Assembly (NCBI GenBank): GCA_963755125.1
Contig: CAVWIP010000014.1
Coordinates: forward strand, 96,001-160,000
Direction: 5' to 3'
Source of the DNA: an uncultured delta proteobacterium
GTDB taxonomy: Bacteria > Myxococcota_A > Polyangia > Fen-1088
Length of the DNA: 64,000 nt
Below are positions 8,973 to 19,603 of this stretch, piece after piece; positions within the stretch are counted from its first letter, which is position 1, and each line of letters starts with the position of its first letter. Below the pieces are notes generated by a model. That model saw nothing but the letters and a program-made list of their open reading frames with translations. It ran no database searches and was not told where the DNA came from. Position numbers and translations under genes: made by a program.

Positions 8973-10748
8973 GTGGAGGAGCTGTTCGCATCCCTCATCA
9001 AGGACTTCGTCGAGGAGACGGGGCCGCTGGCACGCGAGGTGGCGACCCTGGTTTTGCGACTAGAGGAAGCGCGCGCCAACGGCGAGGAGGTGGAGGAGTT
9101 GCTGCGCGCAATGAAGAGCGCGCTGCACACCATCAAGGGCAATGCGGCCATGATGGGCCTGCCGGTCATCGCATCGGTGGCTCATGCGTTGGAGGACTAT
9201 TGCTTGCTCGTCAGTCAGAAGGCCGAGAGTGAGCCATCAGGCCAGGCACAGATTTTGGTGGACGGGACCGATTTGCTCATTCGCTCCATTCAGGGTTCTG
9301 TGCAGGGCGACGCCGAGCAAGCGTCGGTCGCGGCTTTCCTCGATCGCGTGGCTCGGGGAGTGGCGGCAGCGGGCGAGACGGTGCGTGCGCCGACACCGCT
9401 TGCGCGACCGCGCGTGCGGGCGCCGGCCGTGGCGGCCCAGGTGCCCGAGGCGGGCCCGCAAGCGGAGAAGTCGGCCGCGTCCGGCGCAGCCGTCGATCAG
9501 GATGGGGAAGGCAACGCGGTTCGCATCGCCGATCACGAAGTGGACGGGCTGCTCGACCTGACGGCCGAGGCCATCATCAGTCACGCCGAGCTGGTGCGCT
9601 TTGCCGGTCGGCTGGCGCGCGGGCACGTGCAGCGCAGCGACGCGGCCTTGCTCGAGCAAGTGCTGATCGCGCTGGGTCGGGCCACGGCCGAGATGCGCCA
9701 CGACCTTCTGCGCGTGCGGCTGGCGCCCATCTCCTCTATGTTTCGGCGCTACGTTCGCTATGTGCGCGATCTGGCGCGCGAGCGCGGGCAGGCCATCCAG
9801 CTCGTCATCGAAGGTGGCGAGGTCGCCGTGGATCGCGCCATCATCAGCCGCCTGCACGAGCCCCTGGTGCACATGGTGCGCAACTCGGTGGCGCACGGGA
9901 TCGAGAGCGCCGCGGAACGGGCTGCCGCGGGCAAGCCGGCGCGGGCCCAGATCCTGCTGGGTGCGCGGCTGGCCGAGGGACGCGCGCGCATCGTGGTGGC
10001 CGACGACGGCCGGGGCCTCGACATGGCCGCGATCGCGGCCAAGGCCCGCGCCTTCGGGCTGGATCCCGAGCACATGCCGGAAAGCGAATTGCGGCGCCTG
10101 ATCTTTCAGCCCGGCTTTTCCACCGCCACCGAGGTCTCTACCCTGGCCGGCCGGGGCGTGGGACTGGAAGTGGTGGCCAACGTGGTGCAGAGCCTGGGCG
10201 GCAGCATCGACGTGCGCAGCGTGGCCGGGCAGGGGACGGTTTTTCTCATCGATTTGCCGGTGACCGCATCGCTGGTCAAGGCCTTGATCTTCGGAGTCGA
10301 CAGCGAGACATTCGCCGTGCCGGCCAGCTTCGTGGTCGACAGCATCGAGGTGCGGGAGGCATCGATGCTCGAGATCAACCGCGTGCTGCTCTGTCCCTGG
10401 CGTGGCGATTTCTTGCGTGTTCTCGACGCTGGACGCCTGCTGGGCTGTGCCGGGTTGGTGCAGGACTGGACGCGCCCCTATGGCATCGTGGTCGAGGCAG
10501 CCGCCAAACGCTGTGCCTTGATGGTCGACTGGCTGGTGGGTGTGCAAGAGATCGTGGTGAAGCCGCTGGACGAGACCCTGCGCACCTCGCGCGTGATCTC
10601 GGGCCTGACCATCCTGGGTCAGGGGCGCGTGGTGCCCATCCTGGATTGCAGCGAGGTGGTCAAGCGCGCGGCGGGTCCGGCCGCGGGCTTGCCCCCCAGA
10701 ACTTCGTCGGGCGAGGATCCACACAGGAGCAGCAGCTATGGCATCTGA
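8973..10748 (+). CDS. cheA: Chemotaxis histidine kinase CheA
   Basis: HPT motif ALHTIKGNAAMMG, HMVRNSVAHG N-box, DDGRG, FQPGFST, GRGVGL, C-terminal CheW domain; GTG 8973 preferred over the ORF-track start at 8820. Confidence 0.93.
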   Translation: MEELFASLIKDFVEETGPLAREVATLVLRLEEARANGEEVEELLRAMKSALHTIKGNAAMMGLPVIASVAHALEDYCLLVSQKAESEPSGQAQILVDGTDLLIRSIQGSVQGDAEQASVAAFLDRVARGVAAAGETVRAPTPLARPRVRAPAVAAQVPEAGPQAEKSAASGAAVDQDGEGNAVRIADHEVDGLLDLTAEAIISHAELVRFAGRLARGHVQRSDAALLEQVLIALGRATAEMRHDLLRVRLAPISSMFRRYVRYVRDLARERGQAIQLVIEGGEVAVDRAIISRLHEPLVHMVRNSVAHGIESAAERAAAGKPARAQILLGARLAEGRARIVVADDGRGLDMAAIAAKARAFGLDPEHMPESELRRLIFQPGFSTATEVSTLAGRGVGLEVVANVVQSLGGSIDVRSVAGQGTVFLIDLPVTASLVKALIFGVDSETFAVPASFVVDSIEVREASMLEINRVLLCPWRGDFLRVLDAGRLLGCAGLVQDWTRPYGIVVEAAAKRCALMVDWLVGVQEIVVKPLDETLRTSRVISGLTILGQGRVVPILDCSEVVKRAAGPAAGLPPRTSSGEDPHRSSSYGI

Positions 10749-11334
10749 GCAACGCCCCGCCGCGCCCCCTGCATCGGCTGCCCCAACATCCGCGCCGGCC
10801 CGCGACAGTCTGCTGGCCTTTGCCGATTCGGTTTTGGCCCGCCCCGCCGCGCCAGCCGCTGCGGCCGAGGTGCAGCCCTACGTGACCTTCTTCCTGCGCC
10901 GTGAGGAATTCGGCCTTCCCATCTTGCGCAGTCGCGAGATCGTGCGCGTGAGTGAGATCACGCGCATCCCCGAGGCGCCCCCGCACGTGTGCGGTGTGCT
11001 CAATCTGCGGGGCCGGGTGGTACCTATCGTCGAGATTCGAACGCGTCTGGGGCTGGACGCGGCGCCCCTGACACCGCAGTCACGCGTGATCATGGTCGAG
11101 GCGCATGATCGCCTCTTCGGGTTGCTGGTCGATCGCGTGTCCCGCATCGCCAAAATTCCCGTCGCCGCCATCAAGCCTGCGCCGGCCGAGGCACTCTCCG
11201 CCAACACGGACTACGTCACCGGCATCGCCCAGATGGGCGCGGAGCTGATCATCATCCTCGATGTCGACAAGGTTCTCCTGCTCAACCCGACTGCGCCTCC
11301 GCCGACCGGCGCAAATTCGGAGCCGCGCGGATGA
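10738..11334 (+). CDS. cheW: Chemotaxis coupling protein CheW
   Basis: ITRIPEAP...GVLNLRGRVVPIV, GLLVDRV. Confidence 0.93.
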   Translation: MASEQRPAAPPASAAPTSAPARDSLLAFADSVLARPAAPAAAAEVQPYVTFFLRREEFGLPILRSREIVRVSEITRIPEAPPHVCGVLNLRGRVVPIVEIRTRLGLDAAPLTPQSRVIMVEAHDRLFGLLVDRVSRIAKIPVAAIKPAPAEALSANTDYVTGIAQMGAELIIILDVDKVLLLNPTAPPPTGANSEPRG

Positions 11335-13307
11335 CGGTGGAGGCCCTGTCTGATGTTCAGGAACGCCTGGCGGCTTTGCAAGCGGCGGTGGCGGGTGCGG
11401 AGCGTGACCAGGCCATCGTGGCCGGCCTGAAGGATGCATCCCCGCTGGTGCGGCAGAACGCCGTCGCGCTGGCCGCGCGCTATCTGGCGCCCGAGCTGCT
11501 GGCCCGGTTTCTCGCCGACGACGAGGACGCGACTCTGCGCAACGGGGCTCAGGCGGCGCTGGAGCGGCAAGGACCGCACGCGATTCCGCACCTGCTCGCG
11601 CTCACCCGGGATGCCAACCACGAGTTGGCATTCTTTGCGGTGCAGATTCTGTCCACCATCAATGATGTTTCGGCCAAGCAGGCGTTGTTGCCGCTGCTCG
11701 ATCACCCGGACCGCAACCTCGTCCAGGCGGCCGTGGAAGCGCTCGGCCACATGCGCGCAGTGGAAGCCGTCCCCGCCTTGATTCGCCTGCTGGCCAGCGA
11801 TTCCTGGTTGCAGTTCGCGGCGGCCTCTGCTTTGGGCAGAATTGGGGATGCACGCGCGGTCGGCCCGCTGCTAGAACGCCTTGACGATGAGCTGCTCGCC
11901 GAGATGGTGATCGAGGCGCTGGGCCGAATTGGCGATGCGGATGGGCTTGAGCCCTTGCTCGATCGGCTGGTGTCAAGCGATCGCCTGCCGCTGCGCGATC
12001 AGCTCCTGCTGGCCGTGGCCGCCATTCTGGAAGACAACCCCGGCCTGCGGGGTGTCCGTGCGCGCGCGCGCCTGTGGCGGCCGGACGCTCGGGCTGGTTT
12101 GCGCGACTATCTGATTGGCTTGCTGGCCATGCACGATGCGATGCTGGCGCGGTCGGTGGGCGTGCTGGTGGTGCGCGCCGAGATGTGGGATCTGATGCCG
12201 GCGCTGTTGCAGCGCAATCCGGATCCCGGCGAGGAATCCTGGCTGGAAGGCATGCTTCGTCGCTGCCGGCGTCGTGCTCAGGCCGAGTTGCTGCCCTTGC
12301 TCCAGCATACCGACCCGCGGGTGCGGGCGGGCACGTTGTTGCAGGTGCCGTTCGACGCTGGGGCCACGTCCGCCGTGGCCGGCTGCTTGCAGGATCAGGA
12401 TCCGGAGGTGCGTGCGGCGGCCTGCCTTGCGCTGGGGCGACTGCGCGAGCCGTCGGCTGCTGCGGCTTTGGCTCATGCCCTGCGATCGAGCGATGCGTGC
12501 GAGCACACGGCCGCGGCGCGCGCCCTGGCCCAACTGCCGGGCGAGAGCTTGGCCGTGCTGGCGCCCGAGCTGGAACCAGAAGCTGCCGATGAGCAACGGC
12601 AGCGTGCGCTCACGGTGCTGGAACAGGCGCGCAGCACGATGCACGAGGAGCGGGTGCGCGCGCTGGTGCACGACGGCCCGCCGGTGGTAAGGCAGGCGGC
12701 CCTGCGCGTGCTGGGGCGGTATCCCGGCCGCGCGACTGACGAATGGATCATGGCCGGTCTGCGCGACGACGAGTTGGCGGTGCGCATCGCCACGGTCGAG
12801 ATCCTGGTGCGCCGGCGCTGTCGCAAGGCCATCCCGGCCCTGATCGAGCTCTTGCCAGGCGCCGATCCGCTGCGCTACCATCTGGTGCGCGCCCTGGGAC
12901 GGCTGCATGCCAAGGTGGCGGCATCCCGACTGCAGGCCCTGTATACCGGGGCGCCGCTGCACGAGCGCATCGAGATTGTGGTGGCTCTCAACCAGATTGC
13001 GCCGGCCGGGGTGCTGCCGTTCTTGCGTGGGGTTCTGGACGATCCCGATGTGGAACTGCGGCGGGTCGCCTCCGACGGGTTCGTGCGGGCGGCGGGCCCG
13101 CGCGAGCTGGAAGCAATGGTGGCACTGGCCCGGGACGCCGACTGGGTGGTACGCAATCACGCGGCCTGGGGCCTGGGCCGCCTGGGCTTGCCGGCCGCCC
13201 AGCCGCACCTGGCCGCCCTGGCCCGCGACGTGGAACCCCTGGTGGCGCGCACCGCACGTGCGGCGCTCGGCCAGCTGGCTGCCGACAACCCGGATGTGAA
13301 GGCATGA
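11331..13307 (+). CDS. HEAT/PBS-lyase repeat protein
   Basis: Many D-x2-VR-x2-A-x2-ALG repeats along the whole length. Confidence 0.88.
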   Translation: MTVEALSDVQERLAALQAAVAGAERDQAIVAGLKDASPLVRQNAVALAARYLAPELLARFLADDEDATLRNGAQAALERQGPHAIPHLLALTRDANHELAFFAVQILSTINDVSAKQALLPLLDHPDRNLVQAAVEALGHMRAVEAVPALIRLLASDSWLQFAAASALGRIGDARAVGPLLERLDDELLAEMVIEALGRIGDADGLEPLLDRLVSSDRLPLRDQLLLAVAAILEDNPGLRGVRARARLWRPDARAGLRDYLIGLLAMHDAMLARSVGVLVVRAEMWDLMPALLQRNPDPGEESWLEGMLRRCRRRAQAELLPLLQHTDPRVRAGTLLQVPFDAGATSAVAGCLQDQDPEVRAAACLALGRLREPSAAAALAHALRSSDACEHTAAARALAQLPGESLAVLAPELEPEAADEQRQRALTVLEQARSTMHEERVRALVHDGPPVVRQAALRVLGRYPGRATDEWIMAGLRDDELAVRIATVEILVRRRCRKAIPALIELLPGADPLRYHLVRALGRLHAKVAASRLQALYTGAPLHERIEIVVALNQIAPAGVLPFLRGVLDDPDVELRRVASDGFVRAAGPRELEAMVALARDADWVVRNHAAWGLGRLGLPAAQPHLAALARDVEPLVARTARAALGQLAADNPDVKA

Positions 13308-14143
13308 ACGGGCCCTTGGCAGAGGAAGAATGGAAGCTCCTGCTCGATCTGGTGAGCCGGGAGTTCGGCCTGGTGTTTCAAGAGTCGCGTCGCCGTCACC
13401 TGGAAGGCCGGCTGACGCCGCGGTTGCAGGCTCTCGGCCTGGAATCGTTTGGCGCCTATTATCGCTATCTGGCGCGCCACCCGGATCGCGGCGCCGAGTT
13501 GCACGTGCTCGCGCGCATCCTGACCAACAACGAGACCTACTTCTTTCGCGAGGCCCATCATTTCGATCTGCTGGTGCAGCACGTGGTTCCGCAATTGTCG
13601 CTGCCCGCGCGGCCGGGACCGCTGCGCGTGCTGTCGGCAGGTTGCTCGTCCGGAGACGAGGCCTACTCCATCGTGATCGCGCTGCAAGGGGCGCGCTTGG
13701 ATCGTGAGGGCTTGTCCTGGCACATCGATGCCTGCGATCTGAACCCGGCGCGCATCGTGCAGGCGCGTGAAGGCATCTACGAGGCCGAGTCGTTGCGGGC
13801 CTGCGACGAGTTGGGGCGCCACGCGCACTTCAGCGTGCAGGGCGACCGCTTTCGCCTGCGTCCCGAGCACCGCAAGGGAACCAGTTTCTTCGAGGCCAAC
13901 TTGGCCGTGGCGGGGCTCGATCTGCCGGGCGCGCCTTACCACGTGATCTTCTGCCGCAACGTCCTCATCTATTTTTCCGAGGAGGCGTTCCACCGCGCGA
14001 TTTCCCACTTTCACCGCGCTCTGGCTGCGGGCGGGTATCTCTTCTTGGGTCACGCCGAATCGCTGATCGGGAGGCGCAGCGATTTCAAACCGGTGCGTCT
14101 GTGCGACTCGATCGTCTATCGCAAGCAGGACACGGGGACATGA
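13304..14143 (+). CDS. cheR: Chemoreceptor methyltransferase CheR
   Basis: LTNNETYFFRE, SAGCSSGDEAYS, IFCRNVLIYF, GYLFLGHAES; ATG 13304 overlaps the upstream stop. Confidence 0.95.
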   Translation: MNGPLAEEEWKLLLDLVSREFGLVFQESRRRHLEGRLTPRLQALGLESFGAYYRYLARHPDRGAELHVLARILTNNETYFFREAHHFDLLVQHVVPQLSLPARPGPLRVLSAGCSSGDEAYSIVIALQGARLDREGLSWHIDACDLNPARIVQAREGIYEAESLRACDELGRHAHFSVQGDRFRLRPEHRKGTSFFEANLAVAGLDLPGAPYHVIFCRNVLIYFSEEAFHRAISHFHRALAAGGYLFLGHAESLIGRRSDFKPVRLCDSIVYRKQDTGT

Positions 14144-15186
14144 CCAGAGTTTTCGTTGTCGACGACTCGCCTTTCATCCGCAAAGCTGTGGCGCGTGTGT
14201 TCTCGGCGCGAGATGACATGCAGGTGGTGGGGACGGCCCAGAGCGGGGAAGAGGCCCTGGAGCGGCTTGCTGCGGCCCGGCCGAATGTGGTGACGTTGGA
14301 CGTGGAGATGCCGGGCATGGGCGGCCTGGCGACCCTGCGGGAGATCCAGCGCCGCTACCCGGGCCTGCCCGTGATCATGCTGTCGGTGTACACGAAAGAG
14401 GGAGCGGAGACGACACTCGACGCCATCAACGCCGGAGCGGTGGACTTCATCGACAAGAGTCGCCTCAATGTCATGGACTTCGACCGCCTGTCGCGCGAAT
14501 TGCTGGCCAAGATTGAAGTGTGGAAGCAGGCGCCCCATGGCCATTCCTGGGAGCGCGCGGTCTCGCCACTGCCGGCTCATCCCGCGGCCCCGGGCGCCGT
14601 CCCGGTGGTGGACTGGTCGTCCTATGATTTGTGCGTGATCGGTGCTTCCACGGGTGGCCCGCCTGCCTTGCAACAGATCGTGAACCAGGTTCCCCAGGAT
14701 TTCCCCCTGCCCATCGCCGTGGTCCAGCACATGCCGGTGGGGTTCACCCGTCCGTTCGCGGAGCGGCTGAACTGCCTGGGTCGGATCCGGGTGAAAGAAG
14801 CCGCGGATCACAACACCCTGCAGCCTGGTCAGATGTTGCTGGCGCGAGCCGGAGCGCACCTTTTCATTGAGTCCGACCTGACCGCTCATCTGTCGCTTGA
14901 CCCCATAGATGCGGTTCACATCCCCAGCATCGACGTACTGATGGAGTCGGCCAGCCGCGCCCGTCCCGGACGTGTGGTGGGAATCTTGTTGACTGGCATG
15001 GGCGACGACGGGGCCGAGGGGATGCTGGCCATCCGTCGTTCGGGCGGCCTCACCGTTGCCGAGGCCGAATCTTCGTGCGTGGTGTACGGCATGCCCCGTG
15101 CGGCCCACAAACGCGGCGGGGTTTCCCACATGCTTTCCCTTCCCGAGATCTGTCAGCTCTTCGCAGCAAGGAGCGATGACCCATGA
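14140..15186 (+). CDS. cheB: Chemoreceptor methylesterase CheB (receiver plus esterase)
   Basis: N-terminal receiver; [26 protein letters not shown]. Confidence 0.95.
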   Translation: MTRVFVVDDSPFIRKAVARVFSARDDMQVVGTAQSGEEALERLAAARPNVVTLDVEMPGMGGLATLREIQRRYPGLPVIMLSVYTKEGAETTLDAINAGAVDFIDKSRLNVMDFDRLSRELLAKIEVWKQAPHGHSWERAVSPLPAHPAAPGAVPVVDWSSYDLCVIGASTGGPPALQQIVNQVPQDFPLPIAVVQHMPVGFTRPFAERLNCLGRIRVKEAADHNTLQPGQMLLARAGAHLFIESDLTAHLSLDPIDAVHIPSIDVLMESASRARPGRVVGILLTGMGDDGAEGMLAIRRSGGLTVAEAESSCVVYGMPRAAHKRGGVSHMLSLPEICQLFAARSDDP

Positions 15187-17543
15187 GCAGCCAGAAAGAC
15201 GCGCCCCAATCTGAAGAGGCCCTAGCCAAAGTCGCCAAGCCGGTAACCCTGCTTCGCCGTTTCCAAACCGTCCCGTTGCTGCGACACATGCGCCTGTGGC
15301 AGAAACTGCTGTGCATCGTGGTGGTGTTGCTGATTCCCACTCTGTTTCTGCTCAGGGACTTCGTCAGTCGTGCCAGCCAGGACATCGTGCGCACCCGCAC
15401 CGAACTGTGCCTGGATGAACACTCGCGTCTGTTGCGCGTGATCCTGGACAACCTGACCGCCCTGCGCCTGGGCCGGGCCGAGTCCGAGGCGGCCGCGGCC
15501 GGCCTGGCGGCGAACGCGAGTGCGCAGGTCGAGAGCGCCCTGGCGCAACTCGATCGCGCAGAAACCTCGGGCTGCGGCCGTGCCGATCCGGGCATCGCGG
15601 GGCGCATGCGTCCGGTCCTGGCGGGGCTGCGCGCCGGTTGGACCCAACCACCCGGCGATGGTGTGCGCGCTGAGGAGATCGACCGGCGCATGCGCGAACA
15701 ACTGCGCTTGGGCTATCGGCAGATCGCCACGCGTAGCAGTCCCGGCTCGGCCGCTGACCTCGATTCGGAACTGGTCAACGAGGCGACCCGCAGCACGCTG
15801 CCCGAGGCGGCGTGGAGGCTGGCAGATTTGGTGGTGCTGGGTGCCCAGATTGCGTCGGCCAACGACACGGCCATCGAAGCGCGGGCACAGCTCATCAACG
15901 CGGTGGAGAGTCTGGAGGCCAGCGCGCTCGATCTGCAGCGCGGGTTGCGCGCGCTGTCCGTCAACGAGGGCGGGGTCACTGGGGCGGGGGATTCGCTGGA
16001 CGCAAGCGTGGGCGCCGTTGTGAAACGGTATGTGCAATCCCTGCGCGAGACCACTGCGGCGGCACGCGAGTTGAGCGCGCAGGGAAAGACGGCGGGGACA
16101 CACGACACGGCCGCGCTGCACACCGCCCTGGCTATGAAAAAGTCGGCCAAGTCGGCCCTCGAATCACTCTTCGCCACCTACGACGCGGCCTTGGCGTGGC
16201 AGGGAAGCCAACTGGGCGAGCGGGTGGCGCGCCTGGAAGGGCAGCGCTCGCGCACCGTCGCCTTCGTGATAGTGGCGTTGCTGCTGGCGGGCTTTCTGGT
16301 GTCGGTCATCGTACGCAGCATCACCACCCCACTGTCGGCGGCGGTGGAGTGCTCCAACCGCCTGGCTGCCCAGGACTTCACAATCGAGATTGCGCCCAGC
16401 GAATCCAGTGATGAGGCGGGCCAGTTGCAGGCCTCCATGCGCCAGATGGCCAGCAGCCTGCGAGCCACCATCCGATCCATCCTCGCCTCGTCGCGAATCG
16501 TGGCGGCTGCGTCCGAGAAGATCTCTAGCTCGGGCAGTCAGTTGGCGCGCGGGGCAGAAACCCAGTCGGCTGCCACCGAGGAAACATCCTCAAGCATGGC
16601 GCAGATCGCGGCGCAGATTCAGCAACTGGCCAAGACCGCGATGTCGCTTTCGGCCAGCGTGGAGCAGACCACCACGGCCTTTCAAAAGATGCACGAAACC
16701 CTCGAGCGCACGGCCAATCACGGACAGACTTTGCTGACTTCGTCACAAGATGCGAGCGCGCATCTGGCCGAACTGACCAGCAGCATCACCCAGGTCACCA
16801 GCCAGTCCCGCTCGGCCAATGAAATGTCGCAGTCGGCCCTGGGAGCGGTGAAGCTGGGCGGGGAGAAGCTGCAGCAGTCCATCGGCGGGATCGGCGAGCG
16901 TGCGCAGGAGGTCAGCAAGATCGTGCGGCTCATCGAGGAAATCGCCGATCAAACCAACCTGCTGGCGCTCAACGCGGCCATCGAGGCCGCCCGCGCGGGT
17001 GAGGCCGGACGTGGTTTCGCGGTGGTGGCCGACGAGGTGCGCCGGCTCGCCGAGCGCAGCGCGCAGGCCACGCAGGACATCAGCGCCATCATCGAGCGCG
17101 TGCAGAAGGATGTCGGCTCGGCGGTGGTCTTGACCGACGAGGTTCTGGTGGGGATGATGGCGTCCATCGACAAGACCTCGTCGATCATAGAAGAGAGCGC
17201 AGTGACCACCGAGAGGCAGACCGAGTCCGCACGTCGGACGCTGAAGATGGCCGAGAACATGGCAAGCTTGGCCCAGCAGATCGCGGTGGCCTCGCGCGAG
17301 AACGCAGGCAGCGCCGCCGAGATTGTCAAGGCATCGCACAACATGAACGAGCTGACCAACATCATGCTGGACGCCACCATCGAGCAGAAGCGCGGGGGCG
17401 AGACCGTGGTCAAGGCGACCGATTCGATCGCGGAAGTGGCGCGACAAAATCTGCAAGTGGTGGAAGGCATCAACCTGGCCGTGCGTGAGTTGGTCGCCGA
17501 GGCGGAGACCCTGCGCAAGCGCGTGGAGGCGTTCACCGTCTGA
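15183..17543 (+). CDS. Methyl-accepting chemotaxis protein (2 TM, HAMP, long signalling domain)
   Basis: [34 protein letters not shown] hairpin tip; two TM helices; HAMP (DEAGQL). Confidence 0.95.
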   Translation: MSSQKDAPQSEEALAKVAKPVTLLRRFQTVPLLRHMRLWQKLLCIVVVLLIPTLFLLRDFVSRASQDIVRTRTELCLDEHSRLLRVILDNLTALRLGRAESEAAAAGLAANASAQVESALAQLDRAETSGCGRADPGIAGRMRPVLAGLRAGWTQPPGDGVRAEEIDRRMREQLRLGYRQIATRSSPGSAADLDSELVNEATRSTLPEAAWRLADLVVLGAQIASANDTAIEARAQLINAVESLEASALDLQRGLRALSVNEGGVTGAGDSLDASVGAVVKRYVQSLRETTAAARELSAQGKTAGTHDTAALHTALAMKKSAKSALESLFATYDAALAWQGSQLGERVARLEGQRSRTVAFVIVALLLAGFLVSVIVRSITTPLSAAVECSNRLAAQDFTIEIAPSESSDEAGQLQASMRQMASSLRATIRSILASSRIVAAASEKISSSGSQLARGAETQSAATEETSSSMAQIAAQIQQLAKTAMSLSASVEQTTTAFQKMHETLERTANHGQTLLTSSQDASAHLAELTSSITQVTSQSRSANEMSQSALGAVKLGGEKLQQSIGGIGERAQEVSKIVRLIEEIADQTNLLALNAAIEAARAGEAGRGFAVVADEVRRLAERSAQATQDISAIIERVQKDVGSAVVLTDEVLVGMMASIDKTSSIIEESAVTTERQTESARRTLKMAENMASLAQQIAVASRENAGSAAEIVKASHNMNELTNIMLDATIEQKRGGETVVKATDSIAEVARQNLQVVEGINLAVRELVAEAETLRKRVEAFTV

Positions 17544-19483
17544 TGCAATCCCAAGCGTCCCCGCAGTCTTTGGGGGAGGCCCTGCTGAGCGCCCTGGGCG
17601 ATACCGACCGCTCCCGCCGCGAAGAAGCCATTGCCCAGGCGGCCGTCGCGGCTGACCCGGACAGTCTGGTGGAGCTTCTGGGCAAGCACGACGATGCGGC
17701 CAGCCGCAACGCCGCTCTGGAGGCGCTCGCCCGCGGCGGCAGCCGCAGCCTGCCCGCGCTGGTGCGCGCCTTGCGCAGCAGCGACGAGGAGGTCGTGATG
17801 TTCGCGGCCATGGCCTTGGCGCAAACCCGCGGCCCAGGCGGCATCCCGCATCTGCTTCGACTCTTGCACCATCCCGATCTCAACGTCGCGCAAGCCGCCA
17901 TCGACGCGCTGGGCAAGCTGCGCGCGGTTTCGGCGACCGGTCCGATCGAAAAGATGCTGACGGCCGATCCCTGGCTGCGCTTCGCCGCTGCCAACGCCCT
18001 GGGCGAGATCGGGAGCCCGAGCAGCGTGCCCGCCTTGCTGCGCGTGCTCCACGATCCGTCGCTGTCGGACTTGGCCATCGAGGCACTGGGAAAGATCGGC
18101 TCGGGGAACGCCGCGGTGGCGCTTGCGGAGATTGCCATCGAGCGGGTTGAAACCGAGCAATTCACGGTGTGCGTGCTCGCGTTGGGGCGTGCCCTCGGCC
18201 AGCAACTCGACCGAACCGCACTCGCGGCGAACCCGGTGTGGACGCGCCTGGCATCGCCGGAAGCGGCAGCCGTGCACGAGCGTCTGCGGCGTATCCTGGG
18301 CACGGGCGATGCCGAAGCCGGCGGGAGCGAGTTGCAGGAGGTGAAGGAAGCGGCCATCGAGGTGATCCGGGGTGTGCCGCTCACATCACTTCTTTGTCTG
18401 CTGGTGGAAAGCGCGTGGGATGCAAGCTTGACCGAGGCACTGCTGGATGCGTTGGTTTTCGCGGGACCGGAGGTGCGGCCTTGCGTGCTGGCCGGGCTTG
18501 GTCACGGCGACACGCGGGTGCGCCGGCTGGCCTGTGTGGCAGCCGGGCACTTGAACATGACGGAGGCGGCGCCTGCCTTGTGCCGCCTGGCCGACGACGG
18601 GGCGCCAGAAGTGCGGGCCGACGCCTTGCGCGCGCTGGCGCGATTGCACGAGTACGATGCCTTGCCCATCATCCTCGGGCGCCTCTCCGATGTCAGCGGC
18701 GAGGTGCGCGCCGCAGCCCAGTGGGCGCTGGACTTCATGGACGCCGAGCAGGTGACGGCGGCCATCCTGGAAAACTCCGAGCTTGCCCGCCGCCACGCCG
18801 CCGAGATTCTGGCCGTGATGCAGGCCCATCCCGTGGCTGCGCAGCATGAGTTCATCGAGAATCGCCTGGCCGACCCGCGCGAGGAAGTTCGGCGAGCTGC
18901 GGTCGCGGCCTTGGCCGCAAGGGGCGGGGCCGAGGTCGTCGAGATACTGGAGCCGTTTCTGCGCGATCCCGCAGCAGCGGTTCGGCAGGAGGTGGTGCGG
19001 GGCTTGGGGCGCCAGCGATCGCAGCCTGCGCAGGCGTTGCTGTTGCAGCAGTACCAGCGCGATCCAGCAACGCGCAGGGAAGCCTTGCTGGCGCTCGGAA
19101 AGATTGGCGACTGTGTGGCGGCGCAAAGACTGACCGGGCTGCTGTCCGCGCAAACCTTGCCCGAGCGCCTGGCCATCATCGATACCTTGGGGACGCTGGC
19201 GGCCCCGTGCACGGAGCCCATCCTGATCGGGTTGCTGCGCGATCCCGAGTTCGAGGTTCGTTGTCGGGCGGCCGTCGCCCTGGGGCGATTCACAACCACA
19301 GGTGCAGCGACCCGTCTGGCGCTGGCCACGCGGGATGCGGACGCACGCGTGCGACTCGCGGCGCTTGAGGCGCTGGCTCCGGCGAAGAGCCATCCAGCAG
19401 TGGTGCAAGCCATCGAGCGTCTGTGCTTGGATCCCAGCCCCGCCATCGCCGCCTTGGCCCGGCAGTGGCTTGACAAGACGTAG
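17543..19483 (+). CDS. Second HEAT/PBS-lyase repeat protein
   Basis: HEAT repeats; N-terminal part resembles 11331..13307 (RNAAL..L, D.WL.FAAA.ALG.IG). Confidence 0.88.
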   Translation: MQSQASPQSLGEALLSALGDTDRSRREEAIAQAAVAADPDSLVELLGKHDDAASRNAALEALARGGSRSLPALVRALRSSDEEVVMFAAMALAQTRGPGGIPHLLRLLHHPDLNVAQAAIDALGKLRAVSATGPIEKMLTADPWLRFAAANALGEIGSPSSVPALLRVLHDPSLSDLAIEALGKIGSGNAAVALAEIAIERVETEQFTVCVLALGRALGQQLDRTALAANPVWTRLASPEAAAVHERLRRILGTGDAEAGGSELQEVKEAAIEVIRGVPLTSLLCLLVESAWDASLTEALLDALVFAGPEVRPCVLAGLGHGDTRVRRLACVAAGHLNMTEAAPALCRLADDGAPEVRADALRALARLHEYDALPIILGRLSDVSGEVRAAAQWALDFMDAEQVTAAILENSELARRHAAEILAVMQAHPVAAQHEFIENRLADPREEVRRAAVAALAARGGAEVVEILEPFLRDPAAAVRQEVVRGLGRQRSQPAQALLLQQYQRDPATRREALLALGKIGDCVAAQRLTGLLSAQTLPERLAIIDTLGTLAAPCTEPILIGLLRDPEFEVRCRAAVALGRFTTTGAATRLALATRDADARVRLAALEALAPAKSHPAVVQAIERLCLDPSPAIAALARQWLDKT

Positions 19484-19603
19484 GGGGACTTGCCAGGTAA
19501 GTGCAGTTCTTCGCTTCGGTTGCTGTGCGCATTTTTTCATGACTGCGTCGTAACTCGGGTGCACAATCGGGCTCTGGGATAGCGAGATTCGGGGGTCAAG
19601 CCC

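Noticed and set aside
12743..13303. N-terminal extensions in the ORF track for cheR (likewise cheA from 8820, hydF from 47120, the HydB fusion from 50337, and 59381-59524)
   Set aside because: They overlap upstream genes or promoters, and downstream starts with stop/start coupling or an RBS fit better; not real fusions
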